DNA of 63,008 bases, filler included, from Octopus bimaculoides (lineage: Eukaryota): assembly GCF_001194135.2 (NCBI RefSeq). It is 4 parts of 4 records of this genome, joined end to end, with 100 filler letters (N's around TTAATTAATTAA, not from the genome) between each part and the next. Parts side by side here need not be neighbours in the genome. Positions count along the whole stretch, not along the records: positions 28,652 to 43,586 come from NC_068981.1; positions 43,687 to 54,949 come from NC_068983.1; 2 more parts are not named here. One strand, given 5' to 3'. Positions 38,371-50,784 of the stretch are shown in pieces. Both the position numbers and the translations under genes were made by a program. The number at the start of each line of letters is the position of its first letter. The stretch's first letter is position 1. The notes under the pieces were generated by a model, which saw nothing but the letters and a program-made list of their open reading frames with translations, made no database searches and was not told the origin of the DNA.

Positions 38371-38830
38371 GGATTGATAAAATAAGTAGTTGTTTATGCA
38401 GTGAAGGCATTTCCACCTACTATGCAAATATGTGGCGTCATGCCAATGTGATAAACCATATTGCTAGAATATTGTTATTGTCTAAAAGTGCAGATTGGAG
38501 TGGATCTGATCTTTAAATCCAACTGGTTAAAGCAACAGATAAGTTTAAGTCTTATTAGGCCTCTTCAGTTGTGCATATTCTATTCTGTTGGAAGACTGGA
38601 AGACTTCAAAACTCCAGCTTTCAACTTAAATTACCCTCTAAATTACTTTAGATATATATTTTTACTACTCTTTGCATTGTACATAACCTCCCTTGATCTT
38701 ACCTTTTTCTTTTTTCATCACTTTCTCTTTTAATCTTCCTCTTCTTTTTTATTGTTTAATATTTGATTTCTCTCTCTCTCTCTCTCTGACTATTCCTCTT
38801 TCTCACTCCCTCTATTCTTTTCTCTTTCTT

Positions 38831-38858
38831 CTGAAGAAGGACTAATGCTCAAAGCATT
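38831..38858 (+). ncRNA. Very decayed hammerhead-like motif after a pyrimidine-rich tract (possible Penelope terminus)
   Basis: CTGAAGA A GGAC taat GCTC AAAGCATT, compared with the expected CTGAAGA-A-stem-GAAACGTT. Confidence 0.3.
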
Positions 38859-38969
38859 TAAAACTCTGTTAAGTTAATACCTTATTTGTTAACACTTGTT
38901 CTTGCATTGCTGTCTTTACTAATCCCTCCCATTTAACCACACAGACATCCTGTTATTCTATTACACTAT

Positions 38970-39560
38970 ATCATCATCATCGTCATCATCATCATCGTTT
39001 AACGTCCATTTTCCATGCTAGCATGGGTTGGACGATTTGACTGAGGACTGGCAAGCCAGAAGGCTGCACCAGGCTCCAATCTGATCTGGCAGAGTTTCTA
39101 CAGCTGGATGCCCTTCCTAATGCCAACCACTCCGAGAGTGTAGTGGGTGCTTTTACATGCCACTGGCACGAGGGCCAGTCACATGGTACTGGCAACGGCC
39201 ACGCTCAAAATGGTGTTTTTTACATGCCACCTGCATGGGAGCCAGTCCAACGGCACTGGCAACGGCCTCGCTCAAATGATTTTCTAATGTGCCACCAGCA
39301 CAAGTGCTAGAAGGCGACACTGGTAACGATTACGCTCAAATGGTGCTATTTACGGGCCACTAGCACAGAAGCCGGACAGCTGCTCTGGCAATGAACATGC
39401 TTGGACAGTGTAGTTAGTGTTCCACTGGTGCATGTGTCAGTCATCGAGTATGGTTCAATTATGATTTCGATTTCACTTGCCCCAACAGGTCTTTGCAAGC
39501 AGAGTTTAGTGTCCAATGAAGGAGAGGTTGGCATGGGTGCCAGTCGTCGGATTTGGTTCG
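38970..39560 (-). mobile_element. RTE-tail repeat with internal roughly 65-bp subrepeats
   Basis: (CAT)n tail, ggatgcccttcctaatgccaacc, and three copies of actgg(c/t)aacg..cgctcaaa(a)tg. Confidence 0.65.
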
Positions 39561-39599
39561 ATTTCAATTTCAGATTTCATATATAATAAATCCTCCTCC

Positions 39600-40101
39600 T
39601 CCTCCACCACCACCACCACCACCACCACTGCCATTGCTACTGCTACTACTACTACTACTACAGTAGTAGTATAGTATGATGGCTGTAAGGGTTAAGATGC
39701 AGAACATGATAGCATGTTCAAACCTTACTCAAGCCTCTGTGTTCTGCTCACCTCTTCATTCTTCCCCTCGATCATCAAAGCATATTTCTCTTGTTTGGTT
39801 GGTAACTCTATGTAACTGGTCTGTCTGTCTGGTCAGGGTTGACCGAATCTTGCTGTTACTACTATTACTACTGCTGCTGCTACTGCTGCTGTTGCTGCTG
39901 CTGTTGCTGCTGTTGCTGCTGTTGCTGCTGCTGCTACNNNNNNNNNNCTACTGCTGCTGCTACTGCTGCTGTTGCTGCTGCTGTTGCTGCTGTTGCTACT
40001 ACTACTGCTACTGCTACTGCTGCTGTTCTTGTTGATAATGTCATTGTTGTTGTCTCCACTGCTGCTGCTGCTGCTGCTGGTATATTACTACCACCACCAC
40101 C

Positions 40102-40133
<32 letters not shown>

Positions 40134-40300
40134 ATCAATTTTTTTACTGTTGAAAGAACCGTGCATATTATGATGGCTGTAAGGGTTAAGATGCTGAACT
40201 GTTGTATACATGATAGTGTGTTCAAACCTTACTCAAGCCTCTGTGTTCTGCTCACCTCTCCACCACCCCACCCCCGATCATCGAAGCACATTTCTCTAGC
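39600..40300. repeat. Local duplication of a (CCA/CTA)n-headed unit of about 130-200 bp, with a (CTG)n tract between the copies
   Basis: tatgatggctgtaagggttaagatgc..ttcaaaccttactcaagcctctgtgttctgctcacctct..gatcatc.aagca.atttctct occurs at about 39675-39792 and 40170-40297. Confidence 0.85.
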
Positions 40301-40577
40301 CTCCGTACGCATGGCTGATATGTCCTACTTCTAATTCACAGCTGAGTTGTTTTTTCAGTAAGAAGATCCTCTTGTTACAAAGACATTTTCTTTCAAACAA
40401 ATTCAATGACAGATACAGACATGGCTGTGTGAGTAAGGAGTTCAGTTCACTTAACAAGTATAAAGTCTTGAGTTCCACCCCACTGCATGGCACCTTGAGC
40501 AAGTGTTTACTACTATTACCTAGGGTTCACCAATACTTTCTGAGGGGACATGTATGGAAGCCTCCTCCTCTCGAGGT

Positions 40578-40905
40578 ATACTCTTTTTACTCTTTACTCT
40601 TTACTCTTTTACTTGTTTCAGTCATTTGACTGCGGTCATGCTGGAGCACCGCCTTTTAGTCGAGTAAATCGACCCCAGGACTTATTCTTTGGAAGCCTAG
40701 TACTTATTCTATCGATCTCTTTTGCCGAACCGCTAAGTTACGGGGACGTAAACACGCCACCATCGGTTGTCAAGCGATGTTGGAGGGACAAACACAGACA
40801 CACAAACATATAAACATACATATATATATATATATATATACGATGGGCTTCTTTCAGTTTCCGTCTACCAAATCCACTCACAAGGCTTTGGTCAGCCCAA
40901 GGCTA
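40578..40905 (-). mobile_element. Young SINE family A copy truncated by a gap; a plus-strand SINE A head lies at about 40420-40530
   Basis: Near-identical to 25757-26125. Confidence 0.88.
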
Positions 40906-41603
40906 NNNNNNNNNNNNNNNNNNNNNNNNNNNNNNNNNNNNNNNNNNNNNNNNNNNNNNNNNNNNNNNNNNNNNNNNNNNNNNNNNNNNNNNNNNNNNNN
41001 NNNNNNNNNNNNNNNNNNNNNNNNNNNNNNNNNNNNNNNNNNNNNNNNNNNNNNNNNNNNNNNNNNNNNNNNNNNNNNNNNNNNNNNNNNNNNNNNNNNN
41101 NNNNNNNNNNNNNNNNNNNNNNNNNNNNNNNNNNNNNNNNNNNNNNNNNNNNNNNNNNNNNNNNNNNNNNNNNNNNNNNNNNNNNNNNNNNNNNNNNNNN
41201 NNNNNNNNNNNNNNNNNNNNNNNNNNNNNNNNNNNNNNNNNNNNNNNNNNNNNNNNNNNNNNNNNNNNNNNNNNNNNNNNNNNNNNNNNNNNNNNNNNNN
41301 NNNNNNNNNNNNNNNNNNNNNNNNNNNNNNNNNNNNNNNNNNNNNNNNNNNNNNNNNNNNNNNNNNNNNNNNNNNNNNNNNNNNNNNNNNNNNNNNNNNN
41401 NNNNNNNNNNNCACTCCCTGGTCAAGGAGATTTTTTTCTTGGAAGTTACTTGGTGACCACTTCCAGTGCCGGTGCCATGTAAAATGTAATCAGTATGAGC
41501 TGTAAACTGTGCCAAAGGAGACAATAGACTTTGGTGCAGTCCTCTGGCTTGCCAGCTTCTGTCAAACCGTCCAACCCATGCCAACATGGAAAACGAACTT
41601 TAA

Positions 41604-41635
<32 letters not shown>

Positions 41636-42111
41636 GATATACATGAACAGCCAACTGTCACCTGTGAACAGGTATGTTCACATAACAAACATACACGATT
41701 TCATTAACTGCTTCATGTATTAACTTTGTTGTGAGCAGACAGAAGTGCCCTCTTAACTCTCACATCCTTTGTCCCAGCATCCACGTTCAGGATGTGACAG
41801 CTGGAAAATGGAGGGAGAGAGGGCTGTATCAATATTCAGCCGGTACTCATTTTTTCAGCTGGTACTCATTTTTTCAGCTGAATAGACTGGAGTAGACTAA
41901 CATGAAATTATTGCTCAAGGATATTACATGTCACTAGGTTTAGTAATTGAACTGACAACATTATGACCGTAAGCCAAACACCCATATAATTAGGCCACAC
42001 TTCTTTACTACATATATATGCGTGTGTGTGTGTGCATGCAAATATATATAAGGAGTAAATATTCAAATGAATATTTATATAGATATTTTTATTGTTATTG
42101 TTATCAGTAGT

Positions 42112-42500
42112 GTGGAGGTGCAATGGCCCAGTGGTTAGGGCAGCGAACTCGCGGTCATAGGATCAGTTTCGATTCCCAGACCGGGCGTTGTGAGTGTTTA
42201 TTGAGCGAAAACATCTAAAGCTCCACGAGGCTCCGACAGGGGATGGTGGCGAACCCTGCTGTACTCTTCCACCACAACTTTCTCTTACTCTTTCTTCCTG
42301 TTTCTGTTGTGCCTGTAATTCAAAGGGCCAGCCTTGTCACACTGTGTCACGCTGAATATCCCCGAGAACTACGTTAAGGGTACACGTGTCTGTGGAGTGC
42401 TCAGCCACTTGCACGTTAATTTCACGAGCAGGCTGTTCCGTTGATCAGATCAACTGGAACCCTCGACGTTGTAAGCGACGGAGTGCCAACACACACACAC
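42112..42500 (+). mobile_element. Full-length tRNA-derived SINE (family C variant) with a 15-bp TSD
   Basis: A-box-like tggcccagtggttagg and B-box-like gtttcgattcc; (AC)n tail; TSD attgttatcagtagt at 42097-42111 and 42501-42515. Confidence 0.92.
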
Positions 42501-43686
42501 ATTGTTATCAGTAGTAAATTTAAATAATTGGTAATAACAACGACAAAAATATATGTGGTAGCAAGTAATAATAGCATTAAATAGCTAGAGAATAAAATTA
42601 ATAACTATAATTAACTATAATTACAATAGAGGGCACATAAGTCACCTATTTGCTGGAAAGAGAAGCCAAATCCTCAACTAAATTTTTGAATTACTCTGAA
42701 ATATACAACAGACCAACAGAAATGGGCAAGTGAGAAGAGATTATCAGAATCTCAAAGTAGAGATTATCATCATTTAATGTTCATGTTGCATGCTGGCATG
42801 GGTTGGATGGCTTAACAAGATCCAATGGATCTAAGGACTGTATTGTGCTTCATCTGCTCTGGCATGGTTTCTATGGCTGGATGCCCTTCCTAATGCCAAC
42901 CATTTTACAGCATGTACTGGATCCATTTTTTGGGGCGCCCAGCACAGGTTTACAGATGCCGGAGGAAGTAGGGATTGGTTTTATGCTACAAGATGAGAGT
43001 ATGAGAGAAATGGAGTTGGGGCAGAGCAGGTTCTTATAGAAGAGCTGTGTGGTTACTCATGTTTAGTCTGGGAAGGAGAAAGAATGATCAATAGGTTAGT
43101 AGGAGCTGCAAAAGCGATAGATGGGAAATGAGGTGTCCAGGTGGCCCCTCAATGCACATTGTAAGAAATGACTGTGTGGGCGGGGTTATTGCAAGATTGT
43201 ATAGGAAACAGTAGAGGAGGAGATGAGGAAGCAGCATACAGCTGTAGAGAAGTTAGATAAAGCAGTCGGTCAATGACCGAGGAATCATGAATTGGGGAGG
43301 ATGAGAGTAAGTGGAGAGGCTGGATAGCAATGATGCTGTTGACATGGGAGGAGAACATGAGAGAGAGACAGAGAGAGGAGGAGAGAGAGAAAGATGACAA
43401 GGTAGGGTTAGGCTACAGGAGCAATGGGGGAAAGGCAGACATAGTGCATGATGCGAGAGAGTTTGGTTGATTGCATGGGGGGAGTCAGCGTACCATATCG
43501 ATAGAAAGCACATAGAACACAGCACTTATAGAACTCAGTTTCGGTCACACACACAGTCACTTGTATATATATATATATATATATATNNNNNNNNNNNNNN
43601 NNNNNNNNNNNNNNNNNNNNNNNNNNNNNNTTAATTAATTAANNNNNNNNNNNNNNNNNNNNNNNNNNNNNNNNNNNNNNNNNNNN

Positions 43687-43723
<37 letters not shown>

Positions 43724-44035
43724 GTGTATATATGTGTATGAATATATATATATATATTGGTATAGGAGTGAAATTTCTTAAGTAGTTCTGCTTTTGTGAT
43801 GGATAAATTTCTTCTCACAATAACATTCCAACTTAATTATTTTTGCTCTTATTCCAATAAATACCATCCTCAGACCATCACTAGTCTCCTTCGTTTCTCT
43901 TTTCTATCCCGTTGTATCTGTGTGTGCGTACGTATGTATGTGGGTATGCTTGAGCCCATGCGCGTGTTTGTGTGCATATGCGTGCGAGAGTAAGCGTATA
44001 TATGTGTGTGTTTTGAGTTTGTTTTTGTATGTATA

Positions 44036-44067
<32 letters not shown>

Positions 44068-44507
44068 NNNNNNNNNNNNNNNNNNNNNNNNNNNNNNNNN
44101 NNNNNNNNNNNNNNNNNNNNNNNNNNNNNNNNNNNNNNNNNNNNNNNNNNNNNNNNNNNNNNNNNNNNNNNNNNNNNNNNNNNNNNNNNNNNNNNNNNNN
44201 NNNNNNNNNNNNNNNNNNNNNNNNNNNNNNNNNNNNNNNNNNNNNNNNNNNNNNNNNNNNNNNNNNNNNNNNNNNNNNNNNNNNNNNNNNNNNNNNNNNN
44301 NNNNNNNNNNNNNNNNNNNNNNNNNNNNNNNNNNNNNNNNNNNNNNNNNNNNNNNNNNNNNNNNNNNNNNNNNNNNNNNNNNNNNNNNNNNNNNNNNNNN
44401 NNNNNNNNNNNNNNNNNNNNNNNNNNNNNNNNNNNNNNNNNNNNNNNNNNNNNNNNNNNNNNNNNNNNNNNNNNNNNNNNNNNNNNNNNNNNNNNNNNNN
44501 NNNNNNN

Positions 44508-44559
<52 letters not shown>

Positions 44560-45304
44560 TATATATGTATATATATGCACATATATGTGTGTCTGTGTTA
44601 TGATTATGTATGTGTATATGTTATTTTATGCCAATGTTAGAAATCAATATCATTATTAATATGTTATTAGCATCGTCACACCACCGAAGATTGAGTCATT
44701 GGATTTACATGCACTACTTTAATTAACAGTAACATTAATTAATAACCTGCCACCATAAAGCAAACAGTGCTTATACTTGCTAGGACTAACTCTAGTTTAA
44801 TTAGACTGCGTCGAAAATATGAAGATGACATTGCACTGAAAGCTCTCAAACGTTTCATTAAGCTATTTCTCACAAGAAGTTTTATTTCAACACACGCGCG
44901 CGCGCACGCACACACATGAATGTATGTGTATGTGGGTGTGTACACGAACGTGGAATTGCATCTAATGAATGAGAGAAGGGTACTCAGCATATCCTGTAGA
45001 GTAAATGGTTCATTGGTACTGTATCTTAACGAGCAACACATGTTTCACGCCACCGCAAATTCTCGTGTTGAGCTCGTAATAACGTGGAACTCGAGTCACA
45101 TTATTAATCGTCAGTTTATATAAATTTTATATATATATATAGCCACGCACACAATATCATACAATATAATATACATTCAACAAATGTGACATTATCGACT
45201 ACGAATTATTTCCTGGAACTGTGCCACATTTATGTAAGGACATCTATCGTAACTTAGAGTTAGAATGTTTATAAAAAGACCAGAAAAATATTAACCACAT
45301 AATT

Positions 45305-45690
45305 AAATATATGGCTGCGTGGTTAAGAATCTCGCTTAGCAACTCCTTCTTTTAGGGTTCAATCCTTCTGCGTGGCACCGAGGTTACAGCTTCTACTACA
45401 GCACTGAGCCGATAGATGTCTTAGGAGTGAATTTTCTAGACGGAAAATTTGCGGAAGCCTGTCGTACATACATACATACATACATATATATCCACACACA
45501 CACACACACATATATACACCGACATAATATATCTGTCTGCGTGCGTCTCTTGGTATCTGCGTTTGTCCCTTCCGTCAGCGCGTGACAACCGGTATTTGTT
45601 TGTTTGCGTCCCCTTTCATCAGCGGTTTCGCAAAAGTTACCAACAGAACAAGTACTGAGGTCGATCTGTTCGACTAAACTTCTTCAAGAT
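45305..45690 (+). mobile_element. Old SINE family A copy
   Basis: ggctgcgtggttaagaa..gggttcaatcc..gcgtggcacc..ctactacagc..tagacggaaa..gaagcctgtcgta with an internal microsatellite. Confidence 0.7.
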
Positions 45691-46289
45691 GGTAATCCAC
45701 CACCTTTCCCCCAGAGCATTGTTGGTAAAATGGCTTAATTTGGAGGTTGAAACACCGTCGCACGCTTTTTGTTTCCTGCCCGGCAGATTAACTTATGTTC
45801 TACACATCTTACTATCACTAGATCGCAAAACACTAATACAGAGAAGAAATATTTATTCAGTAGACTATTAAACAAAACTTATGCTTTATTATAATAACTG
45901 TTTGCTTTTTATTTAATCGTTTCTCTCAGTAATATCACTTAGATCCATCTTCAAGTGGTATTATCGTTAAATAATTAGTATATAAAAAGACCGAAAGAAA
46001 AAAGGAAGACAAGAAGCAGATCGTAGAGGTAAGATGAATTGAGAAGAACAAATGACGTTGCATGTGGAAGTCATTGGCGACGAGACATTATTAACCTCAA
46101 AATACGAACGTAAGATGGATAAAGGATGTTTAAGACTGTACTGCGTTTGTATACTATTTCTTATAATTAGTTGTAATGTCTTACAGTCGGGAAGTAAAAG
46201 AAAAGAAATATTTAATGGTTTTCTAATACAGTATGTCTAATTCCACGTGTCGCCATTTGTATATCTGAATAATACGCCGTTGTTTTTTG

Positions 46290-46940
46290 GAAGAATCGTT
46301 TGCGTGTCGGACAAATTGCTTAGCGGTATTTCCGAGCTGGCAGAATCGTTAGCACGCCGGGCGAAATGCTTAGCGGTATTTCGTCTGCCGTTACGTTCTG
46401 AGTTCAAATTCCGCCGAGGTCGACTTTGCCTTTCATCCTTTCGGGGTCGATAAATTAAGTACCAGTTACGCACTGGGGTCGATGTAATCGACTTAATCCG
46501 TTCGTCTGTTCTTGTTTGTTCCCTCTATGTTTAGCCCCTTGTGGGCAATAACGAAATAGGTATTTCTTCCGACTCAGTACGCTCTGTGTTCAAATCTCGC
46601 CGAGGTCGTCTTCGGCTTTTATCTTTTCCAGATCATTAAAATAAGTACCATTTGAACACTGGGACTGATGTAATAATGTGATCCACCCCGCCCCAAATTT
46701 CAGACTTTGTGCCTATATTAGAGCACAGTATGCAGAATGGTTATGGCGATTGAGCACGCAGAATTGTTGGCGCGTCGGACAAAATACTTGACTTTTTTCT
46801 TCCGACTCTACGTTCTGAGTTCAAGTTCCGCCGTGGTCGACTCTGTCTTTTATTATTTCTGGGTAGATAAAATAGTATAAGTCCAGTACTAGGGGGTCGA
46901 TGTTAGCATCCCTAAAATTTCTGTATTTATGCCAAAATTT
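46290..46940 (+). mobile_element. SINE family B cluster: a young copy (46333-46558) nested in an older one, plus a further tandem copy
   Basis: TSD ggtatttc at 46325-46332 and 46559-46566; the older copy resumes after it. Confidence 0.85.
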
Positions 46941-48360
46941 TAAACCATTGTTATTATTGTTGTTGTTTATTTCCGGGTCAACTGTAACCGGGCAGCACTG
47001 TTGCCAAAGATATTCTCTCCATGCCCACCCCATCAGTTTAGAATTATCTCGATTATTATTTGAAAAGACCTTTCTATTTTTTAAGACGCTACAATGATTT
47101 AATCAGCATTTGTTCGCTATTTCCACCAGAACGGACGACTACATAGAATTCTCTCGATTGACTACTTAATCCTACATTGTATGAGGCCGAGGCAGGTTAT
47201 TTTGCTACAGACTAACTTCCAACCAAGATTTCAATCTCCCTTCCATAGGCATACATCAAATTCTATAGCTACCACTAGATGTTTAAGCGTTTTCCCATTT
47301 TTCCTTTCTTCTTTCTCTTATATGAGGTGAAATATTGTTTCTTCATATCCTAAATGTCTTTTATAAGACAATTAATAGCTCATTCCCGTTATGTAGGAGT
47401 TTTATATAGACTATCAAAATAGAAACGAATATAGAAATATATAGATGTATAGCTAAAAATAAATGATAAAAAGATGGTGGTAGCAGTTGGGGTGGTGGTA
47501 GTAGGACATAAGTATGTGCACACTCATTAGAACTATTTTAACACATGCACTGTTAGTGGAAGCATTAATAGGCTCATTAATTTGGCAACAAAAACAAAAC
47601 AAAAAAACGGAGTTTAAAATAGAATAATCTTAAGAATGAAGCACGAGTATGATGAATAAACAAAAGAAAAATGTATAAATAAGTAAATATTTTTAAAACA
47701 AAAAATGCAATTAGAAGATTGGTGGCAGAGGTGTTAAAATGTGCAATTAAGGGAAATATATAAAGAAAAGGATAGAGAAGTTTGTTATCAAGAAGGCGGA
47801 AATAAAAAAGAAAAGATTTCGGTAAATTAGTTGAAATAGTCTTGAGAATATCACAAGAGGTGAAGGTTATTTATTATGTTAGTCAACAGAAAAATATTTT
47901 GTAATTTTTCAGATATCTTGTAATTGTTTTAAGGGGATTATTTTGGAAGTAAAGCCAAAGAGAAAGCAAATAAATAAAGTTAGAAGTGTTAATACGTTAC
48001 ATCGATGTTATGGAGGTGAAATGATCATGGGTAGCTAAACTAGTCGGATAATAAACTTGAGAAATGTTCGTTAGGTTTCTAAAGCCTAAGACTCCCTAAA
48101 CTGGAACCTTTTGCCAGCTCAAAGCCCTAAACGTCCATGCTTGTTTTTAGACTTTCAGCAATCCCTACTTTTACATGTTCAGAACAATATAAAGCTTTCC
48201 TTTCGTAAATCCCAAGTTACTCAAGTGTTGAAGGAAAATTGTGAATGTGTATCATATACGAAGCATGGACGGCAGGGGAATAGTCCCGTGCATCATATGT
48301 AATACACAGGACAGGCAAAGTGTTAGGAATCTCATTTATAGTTAACCTACATATAATATA

Positions 48361-48710
48361 GTGAAGGCGCGTGGCTTAGTGGTTAGGGGGATTCGGCTCG
48401 CGATAGTAAGGTCGCGAGTTCAATTCCCGGCGACGCGTTGTGTCCTTGAGTAAGAAACTTTATTTCACGTTGCTCCAGTCCACTCAGCTGCCAAAAATGC
48501 GTAGTACCTGTATTTCAAAGGGCCGGCCTTGTCACACTCTGTGTCACGCTGAATCTCCCTGAGAACTACGTTAAGGGTACACGTGTCTGTGGATTGCTCA
48601 GCCACTTGCACGTTAATTTCACGAGCAAGCTGTTCCGTTGATCGATCGACTGGAACCCTCGTCGTCGTAACCGACGGAGTGCTCCCTATATCCAACAATT
48701 AATTAAAAAA
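48361..48710 (+). mobile_element. Full-length tRNA/CORE-like SINE family C with a 12-bp TSD
   Basis: A-box-like tggcttagtggttagg and B-box-like gagttcaattcc; gtgtccttgagtaagaaac (CORE-like); TSD acatataatata at 48349-48360 and 48711-48722. Confidence 0.92.
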
Positions 48711-49134
48711 ACATATAATATATATATGACAACAATAATAAAATTTCCCCTTTTGAAAAAATGATCTATTTTTGTTTAAGCGCTCCACAGTTTAATCATT
48801 GTTGCATTTTCTTTTGTAAATAATTCTTGCTTTAATAAACAATTTTATATGGTTCTAAACCCCTTTCCATTCGATGAATTTGGGTCTTGGACTTCAACAG
48901 GATTAATAAGATCTGGTTCATATTCATTATTTAACAACTATGGTAATATGTTCATAAGTTTTGGTCTTTTACTCACACTAACAACTATAATTCAATGATG
49001 ACGAAAGGTTGTTCGATATAGAACATTCCAAGGTTTTCACACCCCTAAGCTAAATAACGGGGTACAATGAGGAATAATATTATTTATTTATGTCTCTATT
49101 ATATCAGAAAAATGCTTTCTCTCTTGCATTTTCA

Positions 49135-49165
<31 letters not shown>

Positions 49166-49199
49166 CACACACAGACACACACACATATATATTTAAGGT

Positions 49200-49395
49200 C
49201 AACTGGCAGAATCGTTAACACGCCAGGCAAATGCTTGCGGTATTTCGTCCGCCTTAACATTCTGAGTTCAAATTCCACCGAGGTCCACTTTGTCTTTCAT
49301 CCTCTCGGAGTCGATAAAATAAGTACTGAAGTCAATGTAATCGACTTACCCCTCCCTCCGAAATTGCTGGCCCTGTGCCAAAATTTGAAATCAAT
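49200..49395 (+). mobile_element. SINE family B copy
   Basis: ctggcagaatcgttaacacgcc..ctgagttcaaattccaccgaggtccactttg..gagtcgataaaataagtac. Confidence 0.85.
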
Positions 49396-50299
49396 CAACC
49401 AATCATATATATATGGTAACCTATGATAGAGACAGAGACTAATATCCACTTCAACGCTATGTGATATAAAAGGTTAAGCTATGATAGTCTGTTACTAATA
49501 TAGCATTATCATTACATGCACGAGATTTGGTCGAATGGCCACGGTGTATTGGAAACGTGCGATCATTTCGTTGCATCTCAGATCAGGATCGGAAATTCTA
49601 TTTCGTCTGGTTTGTTGCCACATCGAATGATAGTGTCACCGGCAATACATTGCGGTTCTCTTTCTCTCTTCTCCCCCTTACATAATTAAATAGATTGCTC
49701 TCTTGTCTATGTGATATAATAACGTTTGAGTCCTGTCTATATGAATTCATGATAACAGTTCAGTTTGGTTTAGCTTGACCTTGGGCTAAACAACAACCAC
49801 AGTAACAATAACAACACCAACAACGAAGATGTTGTTGCTGAGAATGGAGAACTTATCACACTCCTGGCTCCCGATCCACGAGTAGATGTAAGATAGGTAA
49901 GTCTTTATATTCTCTGATCAAATACATTCCGTTTTTTTGTTTCTTGTGACTTCCTGTCTATTTATGGAAGATGAAACAACCGTGTGAATATAGATATCAG
50001 GCTGCTATTTAATGGGACGTGAGTAAAGTATCTAACTTCAGGCATTTCTTTGACTAACTTCATAAGACGCTTCATTCTACTTTCTTCGGTTTATCAAGTC
50101 GGTTGGAAGATAACAGAGCTTTATTATGTGGCTTTGTGAGTGTGCAGCAGTTACTGGTAACATCAGCATCTGATCTATAAGGTTTTATCTCTTTCATGAT
50201 TAACGTCACAGAATGTAAAGTTCGGGAAAAGTTTTAATGTATACTATAATATACTATAGATCGTAAAATAATTGCATGCCTGTTTTAAAAATTAGTTCT

Positions 50300-50420
50300 G
50301 CTTATTAATAATATATGAACCATTAATAAATTTCATTAACAATATATGAACTATTAATAAATCTTAATATATGAACCATTAATAAATCTCATTAATAATA
50401 TATGAACGATTAATATATCT
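50300..50420. repeat. AT-rich minisatellite, roughly 30-bp unit (attaataatatatgaaccattaataaatctc), about 4 copies
   Basis: Directly visible. Confidence 0.85.
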
Positions 50421-50511
50421 TATAGAACACTGGTTAAGTACTGTTGAAACATTCAGTCCTGTTTTGAACTAATAGTTAACTGATATTAATGTTTATTAAA
50501 GAAATAGAGTG

Positions 50512-50763
50512 TGGAGGCGCGTGGCGTAGTGGTTAGGGTGTCAGCATCATGATCGTAAGATTGTGGTTTCGATACCGGGACCAGGCGACGCGTTGTGTTC
50601 TTGAGCAAAACACTTCATTTCACGTTGCTCCAGTCCACTCAGCCGGCAAAAATGAGTAACGCTGCGATAGATTGGCGTCCCGTCCAGCTGGGGAACACAT
50701 ACGCCATTGAAACTGGGCTCATGAGCCTGGCTAGGCTTTAAAAGGGCGCATTTATATTTATTA
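50512..50763 (+). mobile_element. tRNA/CORE-like SINE (family D) with a V/Meta-like central motif and a 15-bp TSD
   Basis: Same head and gctccagtccactcagc segment as family C, then ctgcgatagattggcgtcccgtccag. TSD taaagaaatagagtg at 50497-50511 and 50764-50778. The domain name is from recall and uncertain. Confidence 0.85.
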
Positions 50764-50784
50764 TAAAGAAATAGAGTGATGAAC

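Noticed and set aside
42112-42190. tRNA genes at SINE heads (also 48361, 50512, 57196)
   Set aside because: They have A/B-box-like elements but no complete cloverleaf and continue into SINE bodies with TSDs.
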